A DNA stretch of 64,000 nucleotides from an uncultured Gammaproteobacteria bacterium (lineage in GTDB: Bacteria; Patescibacteriota; Microgenomatia; UBA10105; UBA927), in NCBI GenBank assembly GCA_964394685.1, contig CAYMYO010000002.1, forward strand, positions 98,148-162,147. The letters are read 5' to 3'. The position numbers and the translations under genes are program-made. Below, piece by piece: positions 18,941-30,102 of this stretch; the stretch's first letter is position 1, and every line of letters starts with the position of its first letter. The notes beneath the pieces were generated by a model. The model was given only the letters and a program-made list of their open reading frames with translations. It searched no databases and was not told the DNA's origin.

Positions 18941-21900
18941 ATGGCCAAAGACAATCATTCTCATCGATTATATTGGGGAAAAGAGTATACAGATCTTCCC
19001 GAGCTCGATCTTACGCTTGTACAGCGTGAATCATACCAATGGTTTTTGGAAGATGGTGTCAAGACGCTTCTTTCTGAAATTTCACCCGTATCAGACTTTA
19101 CTGGAAAAAACTGGGAACTTGCTTTTAGCGATTATTTTTTTGGAAAACCACGACTCACTCCACTGACTGCTATTGAAAAGGGTTTAACGTACGATATGCA
19201 GCTGAAGGTTATTGCAACACTCACAAATAAGCAAACCGGTCACCACGTATCCCAAGAAGTTTTTCTTGGTGATATCCCAGCAATGACTCAAAATGGAACC
19301 TTCATTATTAATGGAACAGAACGATGTGTTGTTAATCAACTTGTCAGGTCTCCCGGTATTTATTTTACCGGAGAAGTAGATCCTACAACCGGAAGAACTC
19401 TCTATAGTGCTGAAATTCGACCAATGCACGGAAGTTGGTTAGAACTGTTTGTTACACGAAACAATATACTTATGGTGAGAATTGACCGAAGACGAAAATT
19501 CGTCGGAAGCACATTTCTACGCGCTTTGGGATTATCCACAAATGAAGAAATTAAGGAAGCTTTTGCAGCTGTGGATGTCAATCCTGACATGCGCATTATT
19601 GATAATACGCTTGTAAAAGATCCAACAACAAGTCAAACAGAAGCAATTTTGGAAATCTACCGAAAACTTCGACCAGGTGAACCAATTGTACTTGATAATG
19701 CGCGTGAGTTATTTCAATCGATGTTTTTCGATTATCGAAGATATTCTCTTGAACGCGTAGGCAGGTACAAGATGAACAAAAAACTTGGGATTGACGTGCC
19801 AAATGAAAAGTCTCATTGGATTTTAACCAAAGAAGACGTACTTGGGGCAATTACCTACCTTATTAATACCATTAATGGAAAAGGTGATGTTGATGATATT
19901 GATCATCTTGGAAATCGTCGTGTTCGAAGGGTGGGTGAGCTTGTCGCAACCAATGCGTTTCGTGTTGGACTTCTCCGACTCGAACGGTCGATTCGGGAAA
20001 AAATGAGCTTAGCCGGACCACTCGCAGTAGATTTACTTCCGACGCAACTGGTCAATGCTCGGCCGATTATTGCTGCAATTAATGATTTTTTCCGTACGAG
20101 TCAATTGTCAACAATTCTTGATCAAACAAATCCACTTGCGGAGGTCGATAATTTACGTCGGTTTACCGTTATGGGTATTGGTGGAATTTCCCGAGAACGC
20201 GCATCATTTTCTATTCGAGATATTAACGCTTCTCAATATGGTCGGATTTGTCCAGTAAGAAGTCCAGAGGGGCCAAACATTGGACTAGTTACCTATATGT
20301 CTTTGTATGCCAGAGTCAATGAATACGGATTTTTGGAAACACCATATCGAAAAGTAGTAAAAATCACCTCTGGAGATAAGACACAAATGAAAGTTACCGA
20401 TGAAATGGTGTATTTGGATGCAAACGATGAACAATATCATTATATTACTCATGCAGATTTACCTATTGATGCAAATGGAATTATTCAAATTGATCGTGTT
20501 CCCGTTCGATATAAAGGAGATTTTGCTGAAGCGGATGTGATGGTTGTTGAGTATTTGGATATCGTTCCACGGCAAGTTGTTGGGGTTCCAGCATCCCTTA
20601 TTCCATTTTTAGCTCATGATGAAGCAAACCGTGCGTTGATGGGCACGCATATGCAATGTCAAGCAGTGCCATTACTTCAACCACAAGCTCCTATTATTGG
20701 AACGGGTATGGAACGAGCTGTTGCTGGATCTATGGGTAGATGTATTTATGCAAAAGATGATGGAGTTGTTGTCTATGCAGATGCAGCATCAGTAACAGTG
20801 AGATATAAAAATGGTGATGAAGAGCAGTATACTCTTGAAAAATTTAAGCGATCAGCTCAATCAACATGTTATAACCAACATGTTGAAGTCGCAACGGGCG
20901 ATAAATTGAAAAAGGATGACGTCATTATCGAGGGGCCGGCAACTGATGGAGGAGAACTTGCTCTTGGATCTAATATGGTTGTTGCATACATGAGTTTTGA
21001 TGGCCTTGGATACGAAGATGCTATTGTTATTTCAGATCGATTAGTGAAAGATGATGTGTTGTCATCAATTAATATTGAGGAATATGAAGCGAGTGTTGTT
21101 GATACAAAACTAGGGCCTGAAGAAACAACGCGTGATATTCCAAATGTTGGAGAGGAAGCGCTTCGAAATCTAGATAAAGATGGGATAGTTGTTGTCGGCG
21201 CAGAGGTTGCTCCAAACGATATTTTAGTTGGAAAAATTGCTCCAAAAGGTGAAACAGAACTCACCGCTGAGGAACGACTTCTTCGTGCAATTTTTGGAGA
21301 AAAAGCACGAGAAGTGCGCGATACTAGCTTACGGGTTCCTCACGGCGAACGAGGAACCGTAATTGATGTACAAATTCTTGATAAAGAACAAGGGGATGAA
21401 CTTGAACCGGGAACAAACCGAAAAATCATTGTTAAAGTGGCGCAAATGAGAAAAGTCGTTGTGGGAGACAAACTTGCAGGAAGACACGGAAACAAAGGTG
21501 TTATTTCAAAAATACTTCCAGTTTCTGACATGCCATATTTATCTGATGGAACAATTGTTGACGTTATCATTTCCCCATTATCAGTTTTGTCTCGTATGAA
21601 TTTAGGGCAACTTCTTGAAACCCATTTGGGACTTGCTGCTAAAAAACTCAATGTTAAGATTGCTGTTCCAGTGTTTGAAAAAGTTAAAGAAGAAAAAATT
21701 GTTGAAAAAATTAAGGAAGCGAATTTACCATTATCTGGAAAAGCAACACTTTACGATGGAAGGACTGGAAAAGCATTTAGTGAATCAATAGTTATGGGAG
21801 TCGGATTTATTATGAAACTTATCCACATGGTGGAGGATAAAACTCACGCGCGCTCAACTGGTCCATATTCTCTTGTAACTCAACAACCTCTCGGCGGAAA

Positions 21901-22285
21901 AGCACAAATGGGAGGACAGCGGTTAGGAGAAATGGAAGTGTGGGCACTAGAGGCACACCGCGCAGCACATATTTTACAAGAAATGTTAACGATTAAATCC
22001 GATGATGTAGTGGGACGTGCAAAAGCATTTGAATCAATTGTAAAAGGTATTGATATTCCAGCTTCTAATGTTCCAGAATCATTTAAAGTGTTGGTTAAAG
22101 AACTTCAAGCATTAGGATTATCTGTTAAGCCAACGGGAGCAGTTACAGCGAAACAATTAGCTGTTGCCGAAGAAGCAAAAGCAGCGGTAGACGCGAACGC
22201 GAAAGAACATGCTCAGGCAACTGGGGCAGAAGTTGTTACAGAACCGATAGTCGAAGTAACGGAGGGAGTTGCGAAAATGGAGTAA
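18941..22285 (+). CDS. rpoB: DNA-directed RNA polymerase subunit beta
   Basis: Conserved RpoB blocks are present, including GNRRVRRVGEL, RFTVMGIGGIS, NMQRQAVP-like and HGNKGVISKI. The first ATG is at 18941; the track ORF begins at an upstream TTG. Confidence 0.95.
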   Translation: MAKDNHSHRLYWGKEYTDLPELDLTLVQRESYQWFLEDGVKTLLSEISPVSDFTGKNWELAFSDYFFGKPRLTPLTAIEKGLTYDMQLKVIATLTNKQTGHHVSQEVFLGDIPAMTQNGTFIINGTERCVVNQLVRSPGIYFTGEVDPTTGRTLYSAEIRPMHGSWLELFVTRNNILMVRIDRRRKFVGSTFLRALGLSTNEEIKEAFAAVDVNPDMRIIDNTLVKDPTTSQTEAILEIYRKLRPGEPIVLDNARELFQSMFFDYRRYSLERVGRYKMNKKLGIDVPNEKSHWILTKEDVLGAITYLINTINGKGDVDDIDHLGNRRVRRVGELVATNAFRVGLLRLERSIREKMSLAGPLAVDLLPTQLVNARPIIAAINDFFRTSQLSTILDQTNPLAEVDNLRRFTVMGIGGISRERASFSIRDINASQYGRICPVRSPEGPNIGLVTYMSLYARVNEYGFLETPYRKVVKITSGDKTQMKVTDEMVYLDANDEQYHYITHADLPIDANGIIQIDRVPVRYKGDFAEADVMVVEYLDIVPRQVVGVPASLIPFLAHDEANRALMGTHMQCQAVPLLQPQAPIIGTGMERAVAGSMGRCIYAKDDGVVVYADAASVTVRYKNGDEEQYTLEKFKRSAQSTCYNQHVEVATGDKLKKDDVIIEGPATDGGELALGSNMVVAYMSFDGLGYEDAIVISDRLVKDDVLSSINIEEYEASVVDTKLGPEETTRDIPNVGEEALRNLDKDGIVVVGAEVAPNDILVGKIAPKGETELTAEERLLRAIFGEKAREVRDTSLRVPHGERGTVIDVQILDKEQGDELEPGTNRKIIVKVAQMRKVVVGDKLAGRHGNKGVISKILPVSDMPYLSDGTIVDVIISPLSVLSRMNLGQLLETHLGLAAKKLNVKIAVPVFEKVKEEKIVEKIKEANLPLSGKATLYDGRTGKAFSESIVMGVGFIMKLIHMVEDKTHARSTGPYSLVTQQPLGGKAQMGGQRLGEMEVWALEAHRAAHILQEMLTIKSDDVVGRAKAFESIVKGIDIPASNVPESFKVLVKELQALGLSVKPTGAVTAKQLAVAEEAKAAVDANAKEHAQATGAEVVTEPIVEVTEGVAKME

Positions 22286-22287
22286 TT

Positions 22288-25200
22288 ATGGATACGAAAT
22301 CAACATTTGCTAATATTATTGATTTTTCTGGACTTGAGATTCGACTTGCCTCAAGTGAGGATATTAAATCTTGGTCCTATGGGGAAATAACAAAACCAGA
22401 GACCATTAATTACCGGACACTTAAACCAGAAAAAGATGGGCTGTTTGATGAACGTATTTTTGGACCCACCAAAGATTGGGAGTGTTACTGCGGAAAATAT
22501 AAGCGGATTCGATACCGCGGTATTATTTGCGATAAATGTGGTGTAGAAGTCACTCAAAGTAAAGTGAGACGAGAACGAATGGGGCATATCACACTTGCAG
22601 CTCCTGTTGCGCATGTATGGTTTTTTAAGGGAGCTCCTTCAAAATTATCACTTCTTTTAGACATGAGTCCACGTGCATTAGAAGGTGTCATTTATTTCGC
22701 TCAATATTTAGTTACAAAGATTGATGAAGATAAGAAAAAAGAAGTATTAAAAAAGATGACTGATAATGGAAAAGTACGCTTAGATGAGATAGAAAAACGG
22801 TTTAAAGATGAAAAAACAAAAAAACAAAAGGAATTATCGGAGGAAAAAGAATCTATCAAAGAAAAAATCAAAGGAAAAGAAGCACAAGATCTTGCTATAG
22901 TAGAACTCGAGCTTCGTGAACGACAGGAATTAACGAGACTAGAAGATCAGATGATTAAAGAACAAGCAAAAGTGAAAGAGGTAGTTGATCAACTATTATC
23001 TATTGTTAAAAACATTAAACCATTAACAACGATTACCGAAGATGAGTATTTAAAACTTTATGAATATGACGCTGTCGCAGGATTTTCTGTTGGTATGGGA
23101 GCGGAGGCGGTACTTGAGGTAGTCAAACATGTAAATTTAGCTAAACTAGCTGCTGAACTTCATGAAGAAATTCAAAATACTTCAGGACAACGTCATATCA
23201 AAGCAACCAAACGGCTTCGTGTCGTTGATGGTATGCGAAAAGCAATCATTAAACCTGAATGGATGATTATGTCACTATTACCTGTGATTCCTCCAGATCT
23301 TCGACCTATGGTGCAGTTAACTGGTGGACGATTTGCAACAAGCGACTTAAATGATTTGTATCGGCGGGTCATAAACAGAAATAATCGTTTGAAGCATTTA
23401 ATGGATCTTGGTGCGCCAGAAATTATTCTTCGGAATGAAAAACGGATGCTTCAGGAGGCTGTTGATAGTTTAATAGATGCCACACAGCGTCCATCATCCC
23501 GGGCAGTTATTCAACCGCTTCGATCACTATCAGATATGCTTCGTGGGAAACAAGGTAGGTTTAGACAAAATTTACTTGGAAAGCGAGTCGACTATTCCGG
23601 CCGGTCCGTCATCGTTGTCGGACCAGAGCTTAAACTTACCCAATGTGGACTTCCAAAGGAAATGGCACTTGAAATGTTTAAACCGTTTGTTTTGCGTGAG
23701 CTTATCGTCAGGGGAATTGCTCCAAATGTTAAAAATGCCAAAAATGTACTCGATCGTCGGACACCTGAAGTATTTGATATATTGGATGAAATTACAAAAA
23801 ATCATCCGGTGCTTTTGAACCGTGCACCAACACTCCACAAACTAGGTATTCAGGCATTTTTTCCAGTCCTTATTGAAGGATCAGCTATTCAGATTCACCC
23901 ATGTGTTTGCGCGGGATACAATGCTGATTTTGATGGAGATCAGATGGCTGTTCATATCCCACTTTCTAAAGAGAGTCAATATGAAGCAATCCATTTGATG
24001 CTTCCAACATTTAGTTTGCTTAAGCCCGCTGATGGATCACCAATTACCGTTCCAAACAAAGAAATGGTGATTGGTTGTTATTACTACACCACCATGGATG
24101 CTGGTAAAATTCAAAAGCAAGAAAAGGACATGACGTTATATCGTGATGAGGAAGAAGCAATAATTGCGTATCAAACAGAACATATTACGCTTCGGGAGCC
24201 AATTCGATTACCCATCAAAGGAAGTATCATAGTTACAACGATTGGTCGAATTTTGTTTAACGAAAAATTACCTGAGAAACTCCGTTATATCAATACACCT
24301 GTTAAAGCTGCAACGATTAAAACAATTATTACCCAAGCACTTCGGGAATATCCAAAAGAAGAAGTGGTGGTGCTTATTGACGCAATCAAATCCATTGGAT
24401 TTGAAGGGGCAACATTCTGCGGAGGATTGTCCGCATCAGTATTTGACAATGTCATGGTAGATAATAAAAGTGACATTATTGATGAAGCAGAAAACAAAGT
24501 TAAAGATATTGATGGAAACTATCAGCAAGGTCTTATTACTCTTGAAGAGAAGAAACGGTTATCGAATGAAATTTGGATTGAGGTTACTGAGCGATTAGCA
24601 AATTTAACCTGGGATAATATGAAAGTAGATAATCCGGTAAAAATGATTATCGATTCCGGAGGAGCTCGTGCATCCAAAGATCAACTCAAGCAGCTGGCAG
24701 CTATCAAAGGACTTGTTGTTGATCCCTTAGGAAAAATTGTTGAGTTACCGACAAAAAGCAATTATCGTGAAGGATTATCTATTTTTGAATACGTCACTTC
24801 TACTCGCGGATCTCGAAAAGGACTGACTGATTCAGCACTAAAAACTGCTGACGCAGGATATTTGACCCGACGACTTGTTGATGTGGCGCACGATGTTCTG
24901 ATTCGCATGGATGATTGTGGTACGGAAGAAGGGTTTGAGTTAGTACGACGGGAAGACAGACAAACGCCATTTGCAAACCGTTGCATCGGCCGATTTGCAG
25001 CTGTTGACATTAAAGCTCCGGACAGCAAGAAAGTGCTTATTGTCAAAGGAGAACTCATTGATGAGTCCAATGCAAAGCTCATTGATGAACATGCCGTAGA
25101 AAGCATTAGTGTGCGTTCCCCAATTACCTGTCGGGCGCAAATTGGGATGTGTGCAAAATGTTATGGTCGTGATTTTTCAACAACAAACCTTGTCGACATG

Positions 25201-26010
25201 GGAACACCAGTCGGTGTCATTGCCGCTCAGTCAATCGGTGAGCCGGGAACACAGCTAACTATGCGGGTTCGTCATGCAGGAGGAATAGTTGGACTGGACG
25301 TCACACAAGGACTTCCTCGTGTTGAGGAATTGTTTGAATGTCGAACACCGAGAGTGTTATCACCAATTTCAGAAATTGCCGGAAAAGTTGAGGTTACAGA
25401 AACAACTGAAGGATACAAAATTGTTGTTAAAAACACATCTCTTAAGCCGGTTGAAGAACGGGAATACACCATTCCCATCACAAGTGAACTTAAAGTAAAA
25501 ACTGGAGATCTTATTGGTGCAGGTGATCAATTATCGAGCGGGTATCTTGATGTGAAAGAAGTGCTTGAAATCCGTGGACTTCGGGGAGCACAAAAATATC
25601 TCATTACCGAAGTGCAGCGTGTCTATGAATCTCAGGGAATTGGCATTCATGACAAACATTTTGAAGTAATTGTCCGGAAAATGAGCGATAAAGTACGTAT
25701 TGATAGCGCCGGAGATACAACCATGCTTCCGGGAGAACTTGTTGACCGCGCCAGTTTTACCGCCGAAAATGCGCGGGTACTTGCTGCAGGCGGAGAACCG
25801 GCAACTGCAAACATCGTGCTTCTCGGTATCACCCGGGCATCACTCTATACAGAGTCCTGGCTGTCAGCAGCATCATTCCAGGAAACAACGAATGTGCTTA
25901 CCGATGCAGCCCTTGCTGGTAAAGAAGATAAGTTGCTTGGGTTAAAAGAAAACGTTATAATCGGACGACTTATTCCAGTTGACGCTGAGCGTGCACAGAT
26001 GCTGAAATAA
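22288..26010 (+). CDS. rpoC: DNA-directed RNA polymerase subunit beta'
   Basis: The zinc-binding CxxC...CxKC, the active-site [12 protein letters not shown], and the trigger loop and bridge helix regions are all present. Confidence 0.95.
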   Translation: MDTKSTFANIIDFSGLEIRLASSEDIKSWSYGEITKPETINYRTLKPEKDGLFDERIFGPTKDWECYCGKYKRIRYRGIICDKCGVEVTQSKVRRERMGHITLAAPVAHVWFFKGAPSKLSLLLDMSPRALEGVIYFAQYLVTKIDEDKKKEVLKKMTDNGKVRLDEIEKRFKDEKTKKQKELSEEKESIKEKIKGKEAQDLAIVELELRERQELTRLEDQMIKEQAKVKEVVDQLLSIVKNIKPLTTITEDEYLKLYEYDAVAGFSVGMGAEAVLEVVKHVNLAKLAAELHEEIQNTSGQRHIKATKRLRVVDGMRKAIIKPEWMIMSLLPVIPPDLRPMVQLTGGRFATSDLNDLYRRVINRNNRLKHLMDLGAPEIILRNEKRMLQEAVDSLIDATQRPSSRAVIQPLRSLSDMLRGKQGRFRQNLLGKRVDYSGRSVIVVGPELKLTQCGLPKEMALEMFKPFVLRELIVRGIAPNVKNAKNVLDRRTPEVFDILDEITKNHPVLLNRAPTLHKLGIQAFFPVLIEGSAIQIHPCVCAGYNADFDGDQMAVHIPLSKESQYEAIHLMLPTFSLLKPADGSPITVPNKEMVIGCYYYTTMDAGKIQKQEKDMTLYRDEEEAIIAYQTEHITLREPIRLPIKGSIIVTTIGRILFNEKLPEKLRYINTPVKAATIKTIITQALREYPKEEVVVLIDAIKSIGFEGATFCGGLSASVFDNVMVDNKSDIIDEAENKVKDIDGNYQQGLITLEEKKRLSNEIWIEVTERLANLTWDNMKVDNPVKMIIDSGGARASKDQLKQLAAIKGLVVDPLGKIVELPTKSNYREGLSIFEYVTSTRGSRKGLTDSALKTADAGYLTRRLVDVAHDVLIRMDDCGTEEGFELVRREDRQTPFANRCIGRFAAVDIKAPDSKKVLIVKGELIDESNAKLIDEHAVESISVRSPITCRAQIGMCAKCYGRDFSTTNLVDMGTPVGVIAAQSIGEPGTQLTMRVRHAGGIVGLDVTQGLPRVEELFECRTPRVLSPISEIAGKVEVTETTEGYKIVVKNTSLKPVEEREYTIPITSELKVKTGDLIGAGDQLSSGYLDVKEVLEIRGLRGAQKYLITEVQRVYESQGIGIHDKHFEVIVRKMSDKVRIDSAGDTTMLPGELVDRASFTAENARVLAAGGEPATANIVLLGITRASLYTESWLSAASFQETTNVLTDAALAGKEDKLLGLKENVIIGRLIPVDAERAQMLK

Positions 26011-26015
26011 TACCT

Positions 26016-26453
26016 ATGCCAACAATTAATCAACTTATCAAATTTGGCCGACGCCGAAAGTCAAAAAAAATAAAAGCAACAGCGCTACGCAAGTTTTTTA
26101 ACACGAAAACGCGGCAGATGAAACAGATGCCGGCTCCGTTTAAACGGGGTGTGGTGACACTGGTCAAAACCATGACCCCAAAAAAGCCAAATTCAGCGTT
26201 AAGGAAAGTTGCCCGTGTGAGATTATCCAATAAACAGGAAGTGACGGCATATATCGGAGGAATCGGACATGAACTCACTGAACACGCAATTGTAATGATT
26301 CGCGGGGGTAGGGTGCCGGATTTACCAGGAGTGAAATATCATATCGTTCGGGGAAAATATGACGCAACGGGGGTAGTCAATCGAAAACAAGGAAGAAGCA
26401 GATATGGGACAAAAGCAACTGCTACCGGACCAACTGCTGCAAAAGCAAGTTAA
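26016..26453 (+). CDS. rpsL: 30S ribosomal protein S12
   Basis: PTINQLI...[14 protein letters not shown]...[30 protein letters not shown]. Confidence 0.9.
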   Translation: MPTINQLIKFGRRRKSKKIKATALRKFFNTKTRQMKQMPAPFKRGVVTLVKTMTPKKPNSALRKVARVRLSNKQEVTAYIGGIGHELTEHAIVMIRGGRVPDLPGVKYHIVRGKYDATGVVNRKQGRSRYGTKATATGPTAAKAS

Positions 26454-26459
26454 TAACCT

Positions 26460-26933
26460 ATGAGATCAAATAAAACATATACAAAAATACTCCCGGGTGA
26501 TGCAATCTATGGAAATAGACTACTGACAAGGTTTATTAATCGTGTGATGAAAAGCGGAAAAAAACGGGTAGCCGAGCAACTCGTGTATGGAGCATTAGAT
26601 ATCATTAAAGAAAAGGGAGAAGATCCAATAAAAGTGCTTGAAACAGCAATTAACACCGTTGGACCGAAAACAGAAGTGAAAGCGCGGCGGGTTGGTGGAG
26701 CATCTTATCAAGTGCCTATGGAAGTACGGGGAGATCGAAGAATTGCTCTCGCTATTCGATGGATTGTGGAATCCGCTAATAAACGGTCAAATAAAGAATA
26801 TAAAACCTACGCAGAAAAATTAGCTGCAGAATTGACTGATTGCGCTAAAGGTGTCGGAGAAGCAATTAAGAAACGTGATACCATACTCCGTATGGCTGAA
26901 GCGAACAAGGCATTTGCCCACTTCAAGTGGTAA
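26460..26933 (+). CDS. rpsG: 30S ribosomal protein S7
   Basis: PDAIYGNRLLTRFINRVMKSGKK...EVRGDRRIALAIRWIVESA. Confidence 0.9.
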   Translation: MRSNKTYTKILPGDAIYGNRLLTRFINRVMKSGKKRVAEQLVYGALDIIKEKGEDPIKVLETAINTVGPKTEVKARRVGGASYQVPMEVRGDRRIALAIRWIVESANKRSNKEYKTYAEKLAAELTDCAKGVGEAIKKRDTILRMAEANKAFAHFKW

Positions 26934-26959
26934 TTTGTTCTTCATAGTACAATAGAACC

Positions 26960-27442
26960 ATGGTATCTATTACTATTCAATCGGTTAGGCAGAGTGATAT
27001 TCCTTGGATAACCGAGGTCTTTCAAACACGTTGGGGAGGAGATTTTATCGTAAGCCGGGGCAAGAAACATAACCCAAAAGATCTTTTTGGTTTTATTGCA
27101 TGTATTGATACACAAAAAGTTGGGCTACTGACATTTAGAAACGATGATGATTCAATAGAATTAGTTTCGTTAGATAGTCTTTGTGATAATCAGGGAATCG
27201 GAACGGCATTAGTTCAAGCGTTAATTAATTATGCTAAAGAAAATAACAAACGGCGGATATGGCTTGTGACTACAAATAATAATACTCATGCGATGCGGTT
27301 TTATGAACACAGAGGATTGAGAAAAGTTCGCGAATATCTAAATGCAATAGTTGAATCAAGAAGAATAAAGCCATCAATACCGCTTACAGATGAATTTGGA
27401 GTAGAAATCAAAGATGAAATTGAATACGAGTATCAATTATGA
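26960..27442 (+). CDS. GNAT family N-acetyltransferase
   Basis: GNAT motif A-like QGIGTALVQALINYAKENN...RFYEHRGL. Confidence 0.7.
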   Translation: MVSITIQSVRQSDIPWITEVFQTRWGGDFIVSRGKKHNPKDLFGFIACIDTQKVGLLTFRNDDDSIELVSLDSLCDNQGIGTALVQALINYAKENNKRRIWLVTTNNNTHAMRFYEHRGLRKVREYLNAIVESRRIKPSIPLTDEFGVEIKDEIEYEYQL

Positions 27443-28527
27443 GACAAAAATGTTTTATATTTTCTATTACTTAGATCTGCAAGCTTCTTGGCTCTTTGTT
27501 TTTTCACATCAGATGGTAGTTCTTTGTAAATACAAGACAATTTCACTGCTGCGGTTCCTGGTCGGGGCGAATACCGAAAGACATGAAATTTTGAAATTGG
27601 GCTTTTTTTCAGAAACTCATACGTTTTTTGAAATTCTTTTTCAGATTCTCCGGGAAATCCGACGATGACGTCTGTTGCAATGAGCGCGTGCGGGTTTATT
27701 TTATGAAGTGTCGTTAATCGGTTCATCAATTCTTCTTGTTTATACTGGCGGTTCATACGTTTTAGAATTGTGTTGGATCCGGATTGAATAGGAATATGGA
27801 AAAAATGAACAAATCTAGTGTTATCTTTATTGTTTTTGTACCATGAAAGGAATTCTGGAGTGATGCTCCAAGGATGAATGGATCCAAAACTTACTCGATC
27901 AATTTTTGTATGCGTAAGTATTGAATCGATAAGTTCCATAAGTGTTTCTTCAGTGTCTTGACCAAAATACTCTGTATTAATCGCTGTTAAAATAACTTCT
28001 TGAATGAGAATATTTGATTGCTGTATTTCGGTTACAATATCAGCAATTTTTCGTGAAACTGCTCTTCCGCGAGTAAACGGTACAATACAATACGAGCAAA
28101 ACCGATTACATCCATCCTGAATTTTTATCATCATCCGACCTGAGTTTAAAAACTTATCATGGTTAACATTGTCATCCGCCAGCTGGCGGATCCCAGTATG
28201 ATTTTTGGTTAGATGCATTAATAATTGTGCTATTGAATTTTTCTTTTTATTATGTATCCAATAATCAACTTCTTTCAAAAGAGTGTTATTTTTAAACCAC
28301 AACGTCGCAGAGCATCCCGTAACGACGATTTTGGTCTTTGGAAATTTTTTCCGTATTTGATAGATATGTTGTCGCACTTCCCGTTCTGCTTTTCCGGTAA
28401 CTGCACAGGAGTTAATGATATAGAATTCTGGACGTTTTTCATCCCATGAAAACCCTGCATCAATAAGTTTTTTATCTAATACTTGTTTTTCGGCCTCATT
28501 GACACGACAGCCGAATGAAAAGCTCAT
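27433..28527 (-). CDS. MiaB/RimO/MtaB-family radical-SAM methylthiotransferase-like protein without a C-terminal TRAM domain
   Basis: An N-terminal MTTase domain (FGCRVNEAE...INSCAVTGKAE) is followed by the radical-SAM CNRFCSYC and PIQSGSNTILKRM. The protein ends where a TRAM domain would begin. The track ORF extends to 28551; the start at 28527 is chosen on the family N-terminus. Confidence 0.7.
   Translation of the reverse strand: MSFSFGCRVNEAEKQVLDKKLIDAGFSWDEKRPEFYIINSCAVTGKAEREVRQHIYQIRKKFPKTKIVVTGCSATLWFKNNTLLKEVDYWIHNKKKNSIAQLLMHLTKNHTGIRQLADDNVNHDKFLNSGRMMIKIQDGCNRFCSYCIVPFTRGRAVSRKIADIVTEIQQSNILIQEVILTAINTEYFGQDTEETLMELIDSILTHTKIDRVSFGSIHPWSITPEFLSWYKNNKDNTRFVHFFHIPIQSGSNTILKRMNRQYKQEELMNRLTTLHKINPHALIATDVIVGFPGESEKEFQKTYEFLKKSPISKFHVFRYSPRPGTAAVKLSCIYKELPSDVKKQRAKKLADLSNRKYKTFLSHN
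28174..28191. repeat. 18-bp GC-rich perfect palindrome ATCCGCCAGCTGGCGGAT; near-identical copies lie at 1234-1251 and 49997-50014
   Basis: Read directly. It is a perfect palindrome here, inside the MiaB-like CDS. The other copies match at 16/18 and 17/18 positions. Confidence 0.6.
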
Positions 28528-28652
28528 AAACGTCCGATTCATGAAGCTCATTGTAGCACACCATTCTTGCTTGATCCTGTGTTATTAAAGGATCAGCTTA
28601 GAATGGTGGGTACCCGTAGTAATTCTGATTACAGAGGGTATACAATAACTTC

Positions 28653-29255
28653 ATGTTGCCAATGAAGGTTCGAAACCATTTTAAAAAAGTTGACCCAATT
28701 TTATTTTCTTTAATCAAGAAACATGATGATATATCAATACAGCATTCGAATAACTATTTTTTGAGTTTATGTCGTGAGATCATGACACAACAACTGGCGA
28801 GCGGAGCGGCACGTGCAATTTTCGGGAGATTTGAGAAATTGTTTGAAAAAAGAGAAGTGGCACCGGAAATGGTTTTATCTCTTTCCGATCAAACAATTCG
28901 CGATACCGGAGCTTCATGGGCAAAGGTCAAATACATAAAAAGTCTTGCACAATGTGTCGCTTCGAAAACAATTGATTTGGACGGTATTGAGAAATTAAAT
29001 AACAAAGAAGTGATACAAGAGTTAATAAAAGTGAAAGGAATTGGTCCGTGGACAGCGGAAATGTTTTGTATGTTTTCACTCGGCCGTGAAGATGTATTTT
29101 CGTATGGAGATTTAGGTCTTCGTCACGCAATACAAAAAGCATATGGATTCAAAAAAGAACCAACAATAAAACAAATGGAGAAAATCACTTCAAAATGGTC
29201 ACCATATCGTACCTACGGAGCGCTTCTTCTTTGGAATAGTATTGATACAGTATAA
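28653..29255 (+). CDS. HhH-GPD DNA glycosylase, AlkA-like (3-methyladenine DNA glycosylase II)
   Basis: Helix-hairpin-helix VKGIGPWTAEMFCMF plus the catalytic Asp region SYGDLGL. Confidence 0.75.
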   Translation: MLPMKVRNHFKKVDPILFSLIKKHDDISIQHSNNYFLSLCREIMTQQLASGAARAIFGRFEKLFEKREVAPEMVLSLSDQTIRDTGASWAKVKYIKSLAQCVASKTIDLDGIEKLNNKEVIQELIKVKGIGPWTAEMFCMFSLGREDVFSYGDLGLRHAIQKAYGFKKEPTIKQMEKITSKWSPYRTYGALLLWNSIDTV

Positions 29256-30090
29256 TGAAATTATGAAAGATAAATATTCTGCTATTTGGTTATCGCATTC
29301 ATCAATTACTGACTATCTCAAATGTCCGCGCGCGTATTTTTTGAAAAACATGTATCGGGATCCGAAAAATAATCATAAGATTGCCATCATGCAACCGGCT
29401 CTTGCTCTTGGACAAACCGTGCACAGTGTTTTAGAATCACTTTCAACGCTTCCTGTGGAAGATCGTTTAATAGAATCGCTTGTAACGAAATTTGAAAAAA
29501 CGTGGGAAGAAATATCCGGGAAAAAAGGCGGATTTACAACAAGTGAAGAGGAAGAAAAATATAAAAAACGGGGGATAGAAATGATGGAACGGATTATGAA
29601 AAATCCCGGACCAATTTTGAAAAAAGCAATAAAAATCCGCCAAGAATTGCCGTATTTTTGGCTATCGGAAGAACAGAATATAATTCTCTGCGGCAAACTT
29701 GATTGGCTGGAGTATCTTGAGGATGTTGACAGTATTCGGATTATTGATTTCAAAACAGGAAAATTTGATGAAGATCCGGATTCCTTACAACTTCCTATTT
29801 ACATACTTCTTGCAACCAACTGTCAGACAAAAAAAGTATATGGTGCTCAATACTGGTATCTCAATCGTGATATTGCACCCGTTGACGTAGTTCTTCCCAC
29901 AGTAGAAGATGCGACAAAACGGCTTCTTGATATTGCCCGAACTATTTCTCTTGCACGAAAACTTGAACGGTTTGTGTGTACTCGGAAAGACGGATGTCCT
30001 GCATGTACACCCTATGAAATGGTGTTAACAGGAAAAGCAGAATTTATCGGCGTAGGAGTATATAATCAGGATACGTATATATTAAAATAA
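29242..30090 (+). CDS. Cas4-like PD-(D/E)XK nuclease with a 4-Cys cluster (DUF83/RecB-like); standalone, with no CRISPR array or cas genes in the window
   Basis: An N-terminal Cys in DYLKCPRAYF, the core IIDFKTGK, and the C-terminal CTRKDGCPACTPY, which is the Cas4/AddB-type Fe-S arrangement. Confidence 0.65.
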   Translation: MIQYNEIMKDKYSAIWLSHSSITDYLKCPRAYFLKNMYRDPKNNHKIAIMQPALALGQTVHSVLESLSTLPVEDRLIESLVTKFEKTWEEISGKKGGFTTSEEEEKYKKRGIEMMERIMKNPGPILKKAIKIRQELPYFWLSEEQNIILCGKLDWLEYLEDVDSIRIIDFKTGKFDEDPDSLQLPIYILLATNCQTKKVYGAQYWYLNRDIAPVDVVLPTVEDATKRLLDIARTISLARKLERFVCTRKDGCPACTPYEMVLTGKAEFIGVGVYNQDTYILK

Positions 30091-30102
30091 AGGAGGATCA
30101 CC

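Noticed and set aside
19184-26033. Numerous 60-130 aa ORFs on the opposite strand or in alternate frames inside rpoB and rpoC, for example 19184-19429, 20869-21264 and 24762-25106.
   Set aside because: They are fully embedded in long, well-supported RNA polymerase genes and have low-complexity, Ser/Thr-rich translations with no motifs. They are most likely frame artefacts.
28660-28680. GGTTCGAAACC, a T-arm-like motif that suggested a tRNA.
   Set aside because: It lies inside the alkA-like coding sequence (codons for KVRNHF), and no acceptor or anticodon stems can be built around it. No other tRNA-like GTTCRANYC contexts were found in the intergenic regions.
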